64,000 nucleotides of DNA from Verrucomicrobiia bacterium. GTDB lineage: Bacteria > Verrucomicrobiota > Verrucomicrobiia > Limisphaerales > UBA1319. The DNA is taken from the NCBI GenBank assembly GCA_963664225.1, contig OY760937.1, positions 2,912,001 through 2,976,000 on the forward strand. The letters are read 5' to 3'. This document shows, one piece after another, positions 7,802 to 18,186 of the stretch (the first letter of the stretch is position 1; each line of letters opens with the position of its first letter). Both the position numbers and the translations under genes were made by a program. Below the pieces are notes generated by a model, which saw only the letters and a program-made list of their open reading frames with translations, was not told the origin of the DNA and did no database searches.

Positions 7802-10408
7802 ATGGATAAGCGGACGCAGTCTTCCTTTTTGTTTGTCTGGCAATGGATTGTTCCAGCGCTGGCGTTGCTCTTTGGGTCCTCTGTTTTGGGCGCAACCACT
7901 TTCAGCGTCACGCCTTCCTCCCTTGCGGACAACGCTTTGGGTCCGATCACCCTCCAGATCGGAGGTTTGCAAACGGGCGAGACCGTTCATGTCGGCAAAT
8001 TTTCCGATGCCAATGGCAATGGTGTCGTAGACCCCGGGGAATTGATGATCCAGGCTTTTCAGTTGATCGACGGCCAGCTCACGGTCATTGGCGGCGTCAC
8101 CAACGTGAATATCCCTGGTGACCTGGATGCAACCTCCGGAAGCATTAAAGCCCAGTTGAATCTAAAAACAAGCGGCATGGAGCAGCAGCTTGTCGGTAAA
8201 TATATTTTCATGCTCGTCAGTCCCACCGGACGATTTGCCCCCATCACCGTCCCGTTTCAGATTAGTAACGCCGTTCGCGGCCAATCCATCAGCGGCAATG
8301 TTCAGAGCGGTGGCTCTGCGGTCCCCAACGCAATGGTCCTCCTGTTTATGCCAGCCGCCAACGGCGAAGGGATGAACCCCCAGGGCGGCATCGTTGCGGA
8401 CAACGTGGGACACTTCAGCATTCAGGCTGCGCCCGGGAATTACATGGTTGTGGCGTTTCGGAGTAATTACGTGGCGGATATGTCAAGCGGCCCTAACGTC
8501 AACCTGGTTGCCGGCGGCTCGTCCACCGCTAACATCACGCTGATTCCGGCCACTCGCAGCGTCTCGGGTCGGGTGACGGCGGCATTCTCTGACAGCGGAT
8601 TGCCGGGCGTGATGGTTCCTGTTGAATCGGAAAACGGTGGCATCGCGATCGGATTTACCGATACCGACGGCGCGTTCAAGGTTCCGGTCATCTCCGGCCT
8701 GTGGAAGCTGTCGCCAGACAGTGCGAATCTCGGTCTCTTGGGTTTTGTCTCCTTAAGCAGTTCGTTGCGCACGGATGCCACCAGCGGCAATGTGTCCGGG
8801 CTGAACATCGGCGTGCCCCATGCTGAAAGTTTGTTCTATGGCCATGTGCGGGACCCGTTTAATCAGCCGATGAGCGGCGTGAGCCTCTACGCCGAGGATA
8901 GCTCGGGAAATTATGAGGGCAGCGCCGTCACAGATGAAAACGGACGCTATGTCCTGGGTGTCTCGTCTGGGTCCTGGCGTGTAAGCGCCGATAACAAGAA
9001 TTCTGCCTACTCCAACTATATCTTTTCCCAGATGTCCAACACCATCCAGGTCGGCAACGGGCAGTCTTATCAGCAACACTTCACGGGTATCGCTGCAAAT
9101 TTTCACATCGCTGGAACTGTGAAGGACAACGGCGGCGCGAGCGTGTCGGGTGTGGGTGTTTACCTCTACGGCACGGCCAATGGCGCCCCCTTCCAAAACT
9201 ATACCAGGACGGATGACTCCGGTCATTATTCCCTGGCTGTAGCGCCTGGCTCATGGCAGGTCAGCGTTAATTGCGAAGGAAATGATGGTTTGTCTTCGCG
9301 CGGCTATTCGTGCGTTGGCAGCCAGGCCGTTGTCATTTCCAATGCCGATGGCTCGGTCAACTTCGTGGTCTCTACCTGTCCCAATCTCGCCGTGCGCACC
9401 AGTTCTCTGCCCGACGCGCAGAACGGTTCCAATTATTATGCGCAACTTGAAGCCGACGGTTGCCAGTTGCCCTTTCACTGGTCCCTCGCTCCTGGTTCCG
9501 CGAGCCTGCCCCCAGGCTTGTACCTGAATGATGATGGAACCATGGGCGGACAATGCCAGAACTCCGGTAATTTCAACTTCACCGTTCGGGTTACGGACTC
9601 GTCGCAGAACACCGCGGATCGGCAGTTGTCGATCCAGGTCGCGGGCTCCGCTCTTCAAATCAACACTTACGGTTTGCCCACTGCCACCATTGGCTCGAAC
9701 TACTCGGCGCAAATGACCGCCACTGGCGGCCAGCCTCCTTATGTCTGGTCCATACCCCCGGCCTCGGCCAGCCCTCCGTCAGGCATCACGCTCTCCCCGG
9801 ACGGCCTCTTCTCTGGCATGACCACCAATGCCGGCACGACCTATTTTTATGTGCGTGTCACAGATGCCACGTCGAACTTTGTAGAGACATTTTTTTCGAT
9901 TACCGTGGTTTACCCAGCTCTGGCCATTGAAACAGCCACACTGCCGAATGCAACGGTTGGTCTTCCCTACGAAAGTCAGCTTGTCGGCGTTGGAGGCCTG
10001 GCCCCCTACTATTGGTCCCTGGCCCTGGGTTCGGCCAACCTGCCTCCGGGCTTGAATCTTGGAACCAACGGAGTCATTTCCGGCACACCCACATCGAGCG
10101 GCAGTTTTGGTTTCATCGTCAACCTCAGGGATGCGAATTATGCCAGCGCGAGTCGCACGATCGGCCTCCAGATCCAGGCGGCCCAGGTCCGCCCCTCACT
10201 CAGCGCGCCCGGCAAATCTGCGACCGCCCCGAAGTTCCAATTCACGGTCAATGGAATCCAGGACCAGTTGTACACCATCGAAACCACCTCGGATTTTAAA
10301 CAATGGACTCCTGTGATGTCCACCAACGCGCCCGCCGGCAGCTTTCTCATCCAGATGGACCGCTCGACCAATCGCGCGACGTTCTATCGCATTAAAGCGG
10401 GCGAGTGA
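7802..10408 (+). CDS. exported protein with carboxypeptidase-regulatory-like beta-sandwich repeats, three putative Ig (He_PIG) domains and a C-terminal ..FYRI domain
   Basis: signal peptide; repeated G.V...TD..G.Y/F...G.W.V units; LP.A..G..Y...L.A.GG..PY.WS..LPPGL.L...G repeats. Confidence 0.85.
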   Translation: MDKRTQSSFLFVWQWIVPALALLFGSSVLGATTFSVTPSSLADNALGPITLQIGGLQTGETVHVGKFSDANGNGVVDPGELMIQAFQLIDGQLTVIGGVTNVNIPGDLDATSGSIKAQLNLKTSGMEQQLVGKYIFMLVSPTGRFAPITVPFQISNAVRGQSISGNVQSGGSAVPNAMVLLFMPAANGEGMNPQGGIVADNVGHFSIQAAPGNYMVVAFRSNYVADMSSGPNVNLVAGGSSTANITLIPATRSVSGRVTAAFSDSGLPGVMVPVESENGGIAIGFTDTDGAFKVPVISGLWKLSPDSANLGLLGFVSLSSSLRTDATSGNVSGLNIGVPHAESLFYGHVRDPFNQPMSGVSLYAEDSSGNYEGSAVTDENGRYVLGVSSGSWRVSADNKNSAYSNYIFSQMSNTIQVGNGQSYQQHFTGIAANFHIAGTVKDNGGASVSGVGVYLYGTANGAPFQNYTRTDDSGHYSLAVAPGSWQVSVNCEGNDGLSSRGYSCVGSQAVVISNADGSVNFVVSTCPNLAVRTSSLPDAQNGSNYYAQLEADGCQLPFHWSLAPGSASLPPGLYLNDDGTMGGQCQNSGNFNFTVRVTDSSQNTADRQLSIQVAGSALQINTYGLPTATIGSNYSAQMTATGGQPPYVWSIPPASASPPSGITLSPDGLFSGMTTNAGTTYFYVRVTDATSNFVETFFSITVVYPALAIETATLPNATVGLPYESQLVGVGGLAPYYWSLALGSANLPPGLNLGTNGVISGTPTSSGSFGFIVNLRDANYASASRTIGLQIQAAQVRPSLSAPGKSATAPKFQFTVNGIQDQLYTIETTSDFKQWTPVMSTNAPAGSFLIQMDRSTNRATFYRIKAGE

Positions 10409-10448
10409 GTCGGAGTATACCACCGCGCGGAACCAGGCGGCGTTGTAA

Positions 10449-11441
10449 TTAAAAAACAGCGCCGCTGGGCTGCGCCAGAAGGATTGGGGAGCGCTCGAAA
10501 AAGTGGTTTGCGCTCTCCAGCGCCTCTTCCAGGTTGGCGGCCTTGGATATGTCCACATTGAAGTGGTGACCGAATGGGAAATTAGCCGCGTAATACCTTG
10601 TGAACATCTGGAGACGCCGCAGGGCGATGAGCGGCGGGAAATCCTCGCTGATGTATCGATGCATTTTGCGCCAGATTTCTCCGGGGTCCACAGCCTCGGC
10701 GCGGTCCCATGAGGAAAAAATCCAGGGCCGGGCCACAGCCATCCGTCCGATCATGATCGCCGCTGCGGGCTTCAGCATCTGCGCCTGATCGTGAACGCTT
10801 TTAGGCCCCGAGAAATCCCCGCACGCAATGATGGGCAGCCGGGTCAGCGATGCTGCCCAGGCCAGCAATTCGTGGCGCGCGCGGCGCTTGAACTTTTCCT
10901 CGAAAAACCGGGGATGCAGGGTAAGGGCGTCCACGCCGGAATCCTCCAGAAACTTCACCCTTTCCTCAAAACGCGATTCCCAGTCCACGCGCTGGCTGCC
11001 CAGGCGGATTTTGGCCGTAAGCAGACCGGGCCAATGACGCCGGGCCTCCGGTACTGTAGAGCGAAGCGCCTCGAAATTCTCGAATAACGCGCTGCCCGCC
11101 TCGCACTGGCGGATCGTCCAGGCATTGCAGGCCAGATTCAGATCGACCATTTCAACTCCATTATCCGCCATCCGCCCAAAGATGCGCTCCATCGGATCCC
11201 CTCTGCGCACCATGAGCTGAAAAATCAACGCCCCCTCGCCGGGACGCTGCCGCAGCCAGGGTGAAGCGAAGAAATCCTCGCTGAGAATCTGGCGCGCCGC
11301 CAGCATCTCCGTCCAGACAAGGCCACAGCCTCCCAATTCCGCCAAAAGACGGCGAAAGGCGCTGTGCGTGTAGCCCGCCAGTGGCGCGCAAAACCGGGCC
11401 GGGGCAAAACGACGTCCCCGCAGGATGCACTCATCGAACAT
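10449..11441 (-). CDS. tRNA-dihydrouridine synthase family protein
   Basis: APLAGYTHSAFR, TEM, DLNLAC, AGSAL, KIRLG, LHPR, MIGR motifs. Confidence 0.88.
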   Translation of the reverse strand: MFDECILRGRRFAPARFCAPLAGYTHSAFRRLLAELGGCGLVWTEMLAARQILSEDFFASPWLRQRPGEGALIFQLMVRRGDPMERIFGRMADNGVEMVDLNLACNAWTIRQCEAGSALFENFEALRSTVPEARRHWPGLLTAKIRLGSQRVDWESRFEERVKFLEDSGVDALTLHPRFFEEKFKRRARHELLAWAASLTRLPIIACGDFSGPKSVHDQAQMLKPAAAIMIGRMAVARPWIFSSWDRAEAVDPGEIWRKMHRYISEDFPPLIALRRLQMFTRYYAANFPFGHHFNVDISKAANLEEALESANHFFERSPILLAQPSGAVF

Positions 11442-11539
11442 GAGCGATCAATGTAACGCCAGAAGACGTCCTTCGTAAAACACGAAGATGGATGGTTTTT
11501 AAACACGGGTGCAGGACAAGGACGCCGGTCTCGAATCAT

Positions 11540-11851
11540 TCACGCTTCCGAGGTTTCCTTCACTTCAGGGGTGCAGTGCCAGCACGCGGAAAACTGGCCA
11601 CCGATCGTTTCTCCGCATTTGGGACAGACCCAACTATCCTTCATCTCCCCCTGCGGGTGCTCCATGTTATCCACCAACTCCATCGCCCTGGAATAATCCG
11701 CGTCGTCCATCACCCATAGTTCCGGGAAGCAATCCGTGATGGGCGCCAGTCCCGCCGCCGTCTTGATGGTGCAGGAGATGCCTTCCTTTTCCAGCAGATT
11801 GCGCACCATTTCAACTTCCGGAGTTTCGTTCGAGCCAAATACCTTTTTCAT
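11540..11851 (-). CDS. DUF2007-like protein with C-terminal RanBP2-type zinc finger
   Basis: LLEKEGI...PELWV..D...A motif and WVCPKCGE..GQFSACWHC. Confidence 0.8.
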   Translation of the reverse strand: MKKVFGSNETPEVEMVRNLLEKEGISCTIKTAAGLAPITDCFPELWVMDDADYSRAMELVDNMEHPQGEMKDSWVCPKCGETIGGQFSACWHCTPEVKETSEA

Positions 11852-12112
11852 AAAATTTCGGTTTGATGGGCGTGTGCGGCTCCTGACGTCTGTCTCTCCA
11901 CCTCCCGGTGAAGCGGTCATCCGGCCAGGCCCCGTTGTGCGCGTGTTAACTCCTTGAGCATACACCCTTTTCAGTTAAAAAGCCATCTTCCTGTCTCGAG
12001 AAAACCACCGGACCGCGTCTTGTAACCAACTTAGGGAATCAGGGACACAACGAAAAACGACAACGATAGGAGGCGCGTCGGGACAGGATGAAGCCTTCCG
12101 GCGGCCTCAACT

Positions 12113-12450
12113 TCACGCTCCCGTCGGTTGCGTCAGTTCATAGACATGTGCGGGCTGAAATACATGGAGTCGGCGCAGAATTTCAGGCGCAAAAGGAAGG
12201 ATATGCGTCAGGCGATTCGACTTGGCGCGCAGGACGACAATGGCAAATGGAAACCTCCCGGTCTTATGCTGCCGGGGGAGGTTTTTATCCACCGTCAGGA
12301 ACACGTCATATTCCCAGAATCCGTGATGAGTTGGAGCAATTTACCGTTCTTTATGCCCGCCCAACCGGCCTGGGGAACAGTCATGACGACATGTCCGGGA
12401 AACTCCCCAGCCAGGTCCTTCGGGAGACATTCGTCGAGGAGCAGTCTCAT
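12113..12450 (-). pseudogene. DUF5615/PIN-like toxin, frameshifted by an apparent 1-bp loss near 12311-12315
   Basis: MRLLLDECLP..GWAGIKNGKLL from ATG 12450 stops at 12295-12297; YDVFLTVDKNL continues in another frame to 12113. Confidence 0.8.
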
Positions 12451-12675
12451 TCAGCCGGGTTGGGCCGCTTTTTCAATCATTGCGTCAGCCGATTGCTCCA
12501 GCAGGACGATGGCCTGTTTGCGGGAAACGGTCGGATACTGTTTTAGAAATTCATCCAGCGAATCACCGGCTTCGATGTAATCCAGCATCACCCGCACCGG
12601 CACCCGTGTCCCGGTAAAACACGGCGCGCCGCTCATGATGTCCGGATCAATTGTCACGACCGATGTCTTCTTCAC
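12451..12675 (-). CDS. DUF433 family antitoxin
   Basis: DPDIMSGAPCFTGTRVPV..GDSLDEFL.QYP; its stop abuts the toxin ATG (TGAATG). Confidence 0.88.
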   Translation of the reverse strand: MKKTSVVTIDPDIMSGAPCFTGTRVPVRVMLDYIEAGDSLDEFLKQYPTVSRKQAIVLLEQSADAMIEKAAQPG

Positions 12676-12828
12676 AACCGTAATTAACCCCAGCTTCGTC
12701 CTAATGACAACACCGCAATAGCACCCGGGCTTTTCCTCAAGTCGGCGCCTCGGGATGCACTGCCTCAAATTCCCGCGCCCGGGGGTCACTTGACCAACCG
12801 GGAAGTCAAAATTATACTGCCAGCAAAA

Positions 12829-14079
12829 ATGGAAGAGCTTGCTGAAACACCTGCTGAGGTTGCCCCATCGGACTCAGCCCGTCTGAATGATCTTAAGAAG
12901 TTCACATCCGCTGGTCGTGGTTATTGGTCCCAGGTATCCGATGCGGATTGGAACGATTGGCACTGGCAGTTAAAGAACCGCGTCACCAATTTGGAACAAT
13001 TGGAGCGTCTATTGCCCACGCTCACGCCGGAGGAACGCGCGGGCGCCCTGCTGGCCAACCACAAACTGGCAATGGCCATCACGCCTTATTTCTTTAACCT
13101 GATCGACGCCTCGGACCCCCTGTGTCCCATCCGCCGCCAGGTGATTCCGCGCATCGAGGAAACCCACACCGCATCGTGGGAAATGATGGACCCCTGTGGC
13201 GAGGACTCGCATTCGCCCGTGCCCGGACTCGTGCATCGGTACCCGGACCGCGTGTTGTTTCTCGTGACGGACCGCTGCGCCTCCTATTGCCGGTATTGCA
13301 CCCGCTCGCGCCTGGTTAGCAACGCCGCAGGTTATGATTTTCATCCCGAATTCGAAAAACAGATTGCCTATATTCGGGAACATCCGGAAGTGCGCGACGT
13401 TCTTTTGAGCGGAGGCGATCCGCTTTTGTTCAGCGACGAAAAACTCGAGTATTTGCTCCGGCGCCTGCGCGAGATCAAGCATGTGGAATTCCTGCGCATT
13501 GGAACGAGGATTCCGATTTTTCTGCCGCAGCGGATCACCCCGGCATTGTGCGACATGCTCCGGAAGTTTCATCCCCTGTTCATGAGCGTGCATGTGAATC
13601 ATCCGCGCGAATTAACCACGGAAGTCCGCGAAGCGTTGGGCCGGCTGGCCGATGCGGGCATCCCGCTGGGCAACCAGTCCGTACTCCTGCGCCACGTCAA
13701 CGATGATGTGACGGTGATGCGCGCGCTGACGCAGAAGCTCTTGATCTGCCGCGTCAAACCTTACTACCTCTATCAATGCGACCTGATCGCCGGATCTTCC
13801 CATTTGCGGGCGTCGGTGCGCAGCGGTGTGCAAATCATGCGCGGCCTGCGTGGTCACACCACCGGTTACGCCGCGCCCCAATATGTGATCGACGCGCCGG
13901 GAGGCGGAGGCAAAGTGCCGATCAATCCCGAATACGTTCTGAGTTTTAATGCGGATCGCGTGGTCATCCGCAACTACGAGGGCCGCGTGTTCGAATATCC
14001 GGAAGTGTCCGATGGCGCGCCCAAAACCCCGTCGCGCAAGGTGCCCTGCCTGGCCAAATCGCCCTATTACAAGATGTAA
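12829..14079 (+). CDS. KamA family radical SAM protein (lysine 2,3-aminomutase-like)
   Basis: GLVHRYPDRVL, CASYCRYCTR, LLSGGDPL, PGGGGKVP. Confidence 0.92.
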   Translation: MEELAETPAEVAPSDSARLNDLKKFTSAGRGYWSQVSDADWNDWHWQLKNRVTNLEQLERLLPTLTPEERAGALLANHKLAMAITPYFFNLIDASDPLCPIRRQVIPRIEETHTASWEMMDPCGEDSHSPVPGLVHRYPDRVLFLVTDRCASYCRYCTRSRLVSNAAGYDFHPEFEKQIAYIREHPEVRDVLLSGGDPLLFSDEKLEYLLRRLREIKHVEFLRIGTRIPIFLPQRITPALCDMLRKFHPLFMSVHVNHPRELTTEVREALGRLADAGIPLGNQSVLLRHVNDDVTVMRALTQKLLICRVKPYYLYQCDLIAGSSHLRASVRSGVQIMRGLRGHTTGYAAPQYVIDAPGGGGKVPINPEYVLSFNADRVVIRNYEGRVFEYPEVSDGAPKTPSRKVPCLAKSPYYKM

Positions 14080-14083
14080 TATC

Positions 14084-14734
14084 ATGAGCGAAAGCACCGC
14101 CGCCAAAAGCGCCCGCGCCGCGAAAATATGCCAGGCCCTGGCGAAGACGTACCCGGATGCGCATTGCGAATTGAGTTTTCGCAACCCTCTGGAATTGCTC
14201 GTGGCCACGATCTTGTCCGCCCGTTGCACCGACAAGCAGGTCAATATTGTGACGAAGGCGTTATTCGAAAGATACCGCAGCGCGGCGGATTTTGCGGAGG
14301 CCCCGGCCAGCCAGTTGGAGGCGGATATCAAATCTCTCGGATTTTTCCGCAACAAAGCCAAAAACATTCAGTCCTGCTGCCGCGCGCTCATCGAGAAGCA
14401 TGGGGGAAAAGTCCCGCGCACGATGGAAGCGTTGGTGGAATTAAGCGGGGTGGGTCGAAAAACGGCGAACGTCGTTCTGGGCAATGCCTTTCAAATCAAC
14501 GAGGGCGTGGTGGTGGACACCCATGTCGGACGACTGGCGCAGCGATTGCATCTGTCCTCCAAAACGGATCCTGTGGATGTGGAGAACGATTTGATGCCCC
14601 TGGTGCCGCGCGAGCAATGGACCCTCTTCAGCCACTGGCTTATCTGGCATGGCCGTCGGCGTTGCCCGTCCCGCAAACCCGATTGTCCCTCCTGCGAAAT
14701 CCGCACTCTCTGCCCCTCGGCGGACAAAGTGTAA
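14084..14734 (+). CDS. nth: endonuclease III
   Basis: LLVATILSA, HhH LSGVGRKTANVV, VDTHV, 4Fe-4S motif C-x6-C-x2-C-x5-C. Confidence 0.95.
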   Translation: MSESTAAKSARAAKICQALAKTYPDAHCELSFRNPLELLVATILSARCTDKQVNIVTKALFERYRSAADFAEAPASQLEADIKSLGFFRNKAKNIQSCCRALIEKHGGKVPRTMEALVELSGVGRKTANVVLGNAFQINEGVVVDTHVGRLAQRLHLSSKTDPVDVENDLMPLVPREQWTLFSHWLIWHGRRRCPSRKPDCPSCEIRTLCPSADKV

Positions 14735-14825
14735 ACTCAAACATGCGCTGAACCAACACGACACGAACTCCAATCACAGCTTCGCGATTCTGAAAAAGGA
14801 ATATCGCCTACATTGGATTAGGGCA

Positions 14826-14855
14826 AGTGAAATTAGCTCCAGTGAAATTAGCTCC
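14826..14855. repeat. perfect 15-bp tandem duplication AGTGAAATTAGCTCC x2
   Basis: seen directly, at the 3' end of the low-GC Abi-alpha gene. Confidence 0.85.
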
Positions 14856-15608
14856 AACGCGGACGCATGTCCAAAATAGCATTTTTCGCATTAAAAACAT
14901 TCGAAATAGTGTTTGATGGCACCGAGTAGGTCATGGACCGATTTGAGCATTTTCGACATGCTTTAGAAAATGCGTATCCCAAGTGTGTTGCGCACAAGAT
15001 TCCGGCACTCATTATTGATAACCGTACTTCGCTCCCGTTTACAGAGTAAAGGTTTGCGCTAGGATAATCAAAGAGACGCAGCCTCAAGAGATTGTCTAAA
15101 GCCATGTTAAAGACCCTATTATCCAAACCTAACATGCTTTGGAGGATGCTGATTTGAACACCATGTTCGGCCCATTCTGATTCTGGCTTTTTATACCGCT
15201 CTATTTGTTCATAAAAAACGTCCAAAACTAACGCATCATTTGGGACAATTGCTTTAATATTTCAATGAATGTAGATTCAGAACCAGTCTGATTATTTGGG
15301 TTTGCTGCTGACGCTAACAACGAGGCCCATCTAGCCGACATATCATCGTTATCTTCAAGTGTTGCCGTTTCCAATAGTGGAAACAAAACTTTAATGTTGA
15401 CCCTTGGTTCACGAATCCCCTCAGCCTCCAAGACTGAAAATGTTAGCTTCAGCAATTTAAGTTGGCGTGCCCAGCGCCAAACGCGAAGCTTATCACCGAA
15501 TATCGCTCCTAATTCGTCAGCCGTAGGTCCGAGCAACCTGCTTACGAGACCTTTGGCTTCTTCGGCAATTGCTGTCGCCGCTAATGATGCTGTGACTAAT
15601 TCACTCAT
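14848..15608 (-). pseudogene. Abi-alpha (DUF4393-like) protein, frameshifted near 15242-15244
   Basis: WASLLASA..FIEILKQLS motif; restoring one C gives LSPNDALVLDVFYE and joins ORFs 15228-15608 and 14848-15225; AT-rich island. Confidence 0.75.
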
Positions 15609-15739
15609 AAGCTTCTAAAGTTCCATCGGATAATAACAAATACGTTAAAATGGCTCATTCAGGTTCAAATCCAACAACACTTTAAATCCCGCAGCACTGC
15701 TCGAAGCCCATTTAAGTCCTCACTCCCCCCCCTCAGACG

Positions 15740-17140
15740 CTAGCCTTTGCTCGCGTAATAGGCGTCCACTTTGCCGGCCACGTCCTTGTAGCCGATATCG
15801 ACCTCGTAAATCTGTTTGAACTGCTCGATCGCCTCCTCGGTCTTTTTCATTTTTTCGAGCACGCATCCGAGGGCGTAAATCAGCTCTTTTTTCTCATCGT
15901 CGAAAACGACCTTCTCCTTGATGGCGGTTTGGAGCGTGCGCGCTGCCAGATCGTTCATGCCGCGGCTTGCGAAGCACTGGCCCAGATAAAAAAGAGATTG
16001 GACCCGCCGGTGCGGATTGTTCTGGGACTTCTGAAACTCCTGAATGGCCTGGCTGATTTGTCCGGCCTCGTAATAGAGCTGGCCCAATTCGAAGCGGATG
16101 CCCAGATCCGATGGGAATTTATCCGCGCGGGTCTTGCACTCGGCCAGTTGAAAGGCCTGTCGATCCGCCTTGATTTTGGCCACACTTTGCGCGTAATCGG
16201 GCGCTTTGGAATCCAGTTGGGATTCGAGAAAATCGAATTTTTTCAGATTCGTCTCGGCGATGTTTTTTTCGATGCTCGAATCGCTGCCCATGCCCGCGTC
16301 CAGGATCCGCTGATAATAGGACAATGAGACGTCGAATTCATTTTTCTGCGCGTGCAAATCGGCAAGGGAGCGCAGCAGACGCAGATTCTTGGGTTCACGA
16401 ACCAGCCGGGCTTCATATTCCTGAATGAGGTTGGTCGCCACATCTGCAGTTTTCACTTCGCGCTGCTCCTGCTCCAGCGCCTTCGATTGTTCCTTGTCCT
16501 TGAGAATATCCCGGTAGGAGCCTTCCCCTTCCGACAAGGCGTTGTAACCGCCTTCCTCCATGGTGCGGTGAACAGAGAGGTTCTTAAGGGCCTGGGAGAT
16601 TTCGTTGTTGTTGGGATCGTTTTGCTGCAGATCCGTAAGGATTTCCTCGGCGCGCTCTCCTTGTCCCGCCGCAGCCAGTGCCTTGGCCAGTCGCAAGGCC
16701 AACTCCCGATCGCGCGGCGCGGTTTTAAACACAATTTCCAGGGATAGCACCGCCGTCCGCGGGAGGTCCGCCGCCACGGCGGCATCAGCCAAAAGCTTGT
16801 GCGCCATGGTACTGTGCGGATCCTGATTCAGAATTTGTTCGGCAAGCTGGATGGCCTCCAATGGATTGGAGTGGAGGGCAATCCGGCCACGTGCCAGTAA
16901 CGGTCCCGTGCTGGTGGCCTTGCCCAGGGCGCGCATGAAGAAGTTGGAACCGGCGCCGACTTTCTTAAACTGCGCGGCGCGAAGGGCTTCGCGACAATCG
17001 TAAAAGCCGGGCTCCTTTTCCAGAATCTGGTTGAACAGGCTGATCGCGTAATCAAAGTTCTGCCGCTCATACGCGATCCGCCCTTTTTCATATAAATCCC
17101 TCCAATAGGATGGAATTTCATTCTGACTCTTCTCAGGCAT
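15740..17140 (-). CDS. tetratricopeptide repeat protein
   Basis: multiple TPR-like helices (LG.LY...G....AI..FQ; YALG..LE...K.EEA). Confidence 0.85.
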   Translation of the reverse strand: MPEKSQNEIPSYWRDLYEKGRIAYERQNFDYAISLFNQILEKEPGFYDCREALRAAQFKKVGAGSNFFMRALGKATSTGPLLARGRIALHSNPLEAIQLAEQILNQDPHSTMAHKLLADAAVAADLPRTAVLSLEIVFKTAPRDRELALRLAKALAAAGQGERAEEILTDLQQNDPNNNEISQALKNLSVHRTMEEGGYNALSEGEGSYRDILKDKEQSKALEQEQREVKTADVATNLIQEYEARLVREPKNLRLLRSLADLHAQKNEFDVSLSYYQRILDAGMGSDSSIEKNIAETNLKKFDFLESQLDSKAPDYAQSVAKIKADRQAFQLAECKTRADKFPSDLGIRFELGQLYYEAGQISQAIQEFQKSQNNPHRRVQSLFYLGQCFASRGMNDLAARTLQTAIKEKVVFDDEKKELIYALGCVLEKMKKTEEAIEQFKQIYEVDIGYKDVAGKVDAYYASKG

Positions 17141-17305
17141 ATTGGGAACTTATGGCGTTGAGGAAAAAAACTCCACTGTAAAATTGCGGTCTCAATGACA
17201 CGGCTCGTCTCCGTAGAAAAGGGTTGCTCCATCTGAGCCTTTTTTTTGCTTTTGACATTTGATTCGTGCTTGCAATCCCTCGCTCAGATCAGCAGGCTTG
17301 AGCCT

Positions 17306-18091
17306 ATGAAGTCAAAAGTTCTAACCATCGTGCTCGTTCTTGTCTGCGTGGCACTCGGCATTTTCCTTTTCCTGAACACCAAGAAATCCCAGGAAGAGCT
17401 GAAGGTGGCGGAGAAACAACGCATTGATTTATCCAATAATTGGGCGCGCGCCAGCACCCAACTCAATGAGCAGCAGAAGGTGAATATCATCTTGGAGACC
17501 AACATTGTGCAGCGGACCGAAGAGGTCGTGGCCTTCTCGAATCAGCTCACCCAGGTCGGCGCCAAACTCGCCAAAACCGAGGCTGAGGCCAAAGCCGCCG
17601 CGCAAACCGCCCAGGAAGAGCTGGCCAAGCGCGATGCCAAGATCAACGAGCTCCAAACCCAGCGCGACGACCTGACCAAGCGCATGGAAGAACTCAATGT
17701 TTCCATTACCTCCTTGGAAGCGCAAATCGGCGCCACAGAGAAAAAACTCACCGCCGCCGAAGGCGATCGGACTTTCCTATTAAAGGAATTGAAACGGCTT
17801 CAGTCCGAGAAGGCTGAACTGGAGCGCCAGTTCAACAACCTGGCTTTCCTGCGCGAACAGGTGCGCAAGTTGCGTGACGAACTTTCCATTGCCCGCCGGT
17901 TGGAATGGCTGCGCCGGGGCTTGTATGGCTCGACCGTTAAAGGCGGCGAGAAATTGCAGAATGGTTTCGCCACACCGGCAGCAAATACCAATTTCAATCT
18001 GAACGTGGAATTGCGGCAGGATGGCACGGTCAAGGTGGCTCCGGTCAATACCAACGCCCCTGCGGCTGCGGCCAGCGCGCCGGCCAAATAA
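17306..18091 (+). CDS. membrane-anchored coiled-coil hypothetical protein
   Basis: N-terminal TM helix followed by a long heptad-rich segment. Confidence 0.8.
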   Translation: MKSKVLTIVLVLVCVALGIFLFLNTKKSQEELKVAEKQRIDLSNNWARASTQLNEQQKVNIILETNIVQRTEEVVAFSNQLTQVGAKLAKTEAEAKAAAQTAQEELAKRDAKINELQTQRDDLTKRMEELNVSITSLEAQIGATEKKLTAAEGDRTFLLKELKRLQSEKAELERQFNNLAFLREQVRKLRDELSIARRLEWLRRGLYGSTVKGGEKLQNGFATPAANTNFNLNVELRQDGTVKVAPVNTNAPAAAASAPAK

Positions 18092-18115
18092 GCGCGGCTC
18101 GGATTTCATAGATGA

Positions 18116-18143
18116 AAAGGCGGACTTCGCGAGGTCCGCCTTT
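18116..18143. terminator. probable bidirectional intrinsic terminator
   Basis: aaaggcggactt-cgcg-aggtccgccttt hairpin between convergent genes. Confidence 0.75.
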
Positions 18144-18186
18144 CTCTTTGCAGAACGGTCCCGGTATTGCCGGGTAAAAGCACCCA

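Noticed and set aside
11860..11945. Small multi-stem structure upstream of the DUF2007 gene, with RNase P- or glycine-riboswitch-like words
   Set aside because: Lacks the conserved cores (GAGGAAAGUCC; CGCCGAAG); too short to support a call.
15655..15680. GGTTCAAATCC resembling a tRNA T-loop at the edge of the low-GC island
   Set aside because: No 5-bp T-stem, acceptor stem or cloverleaf around it.
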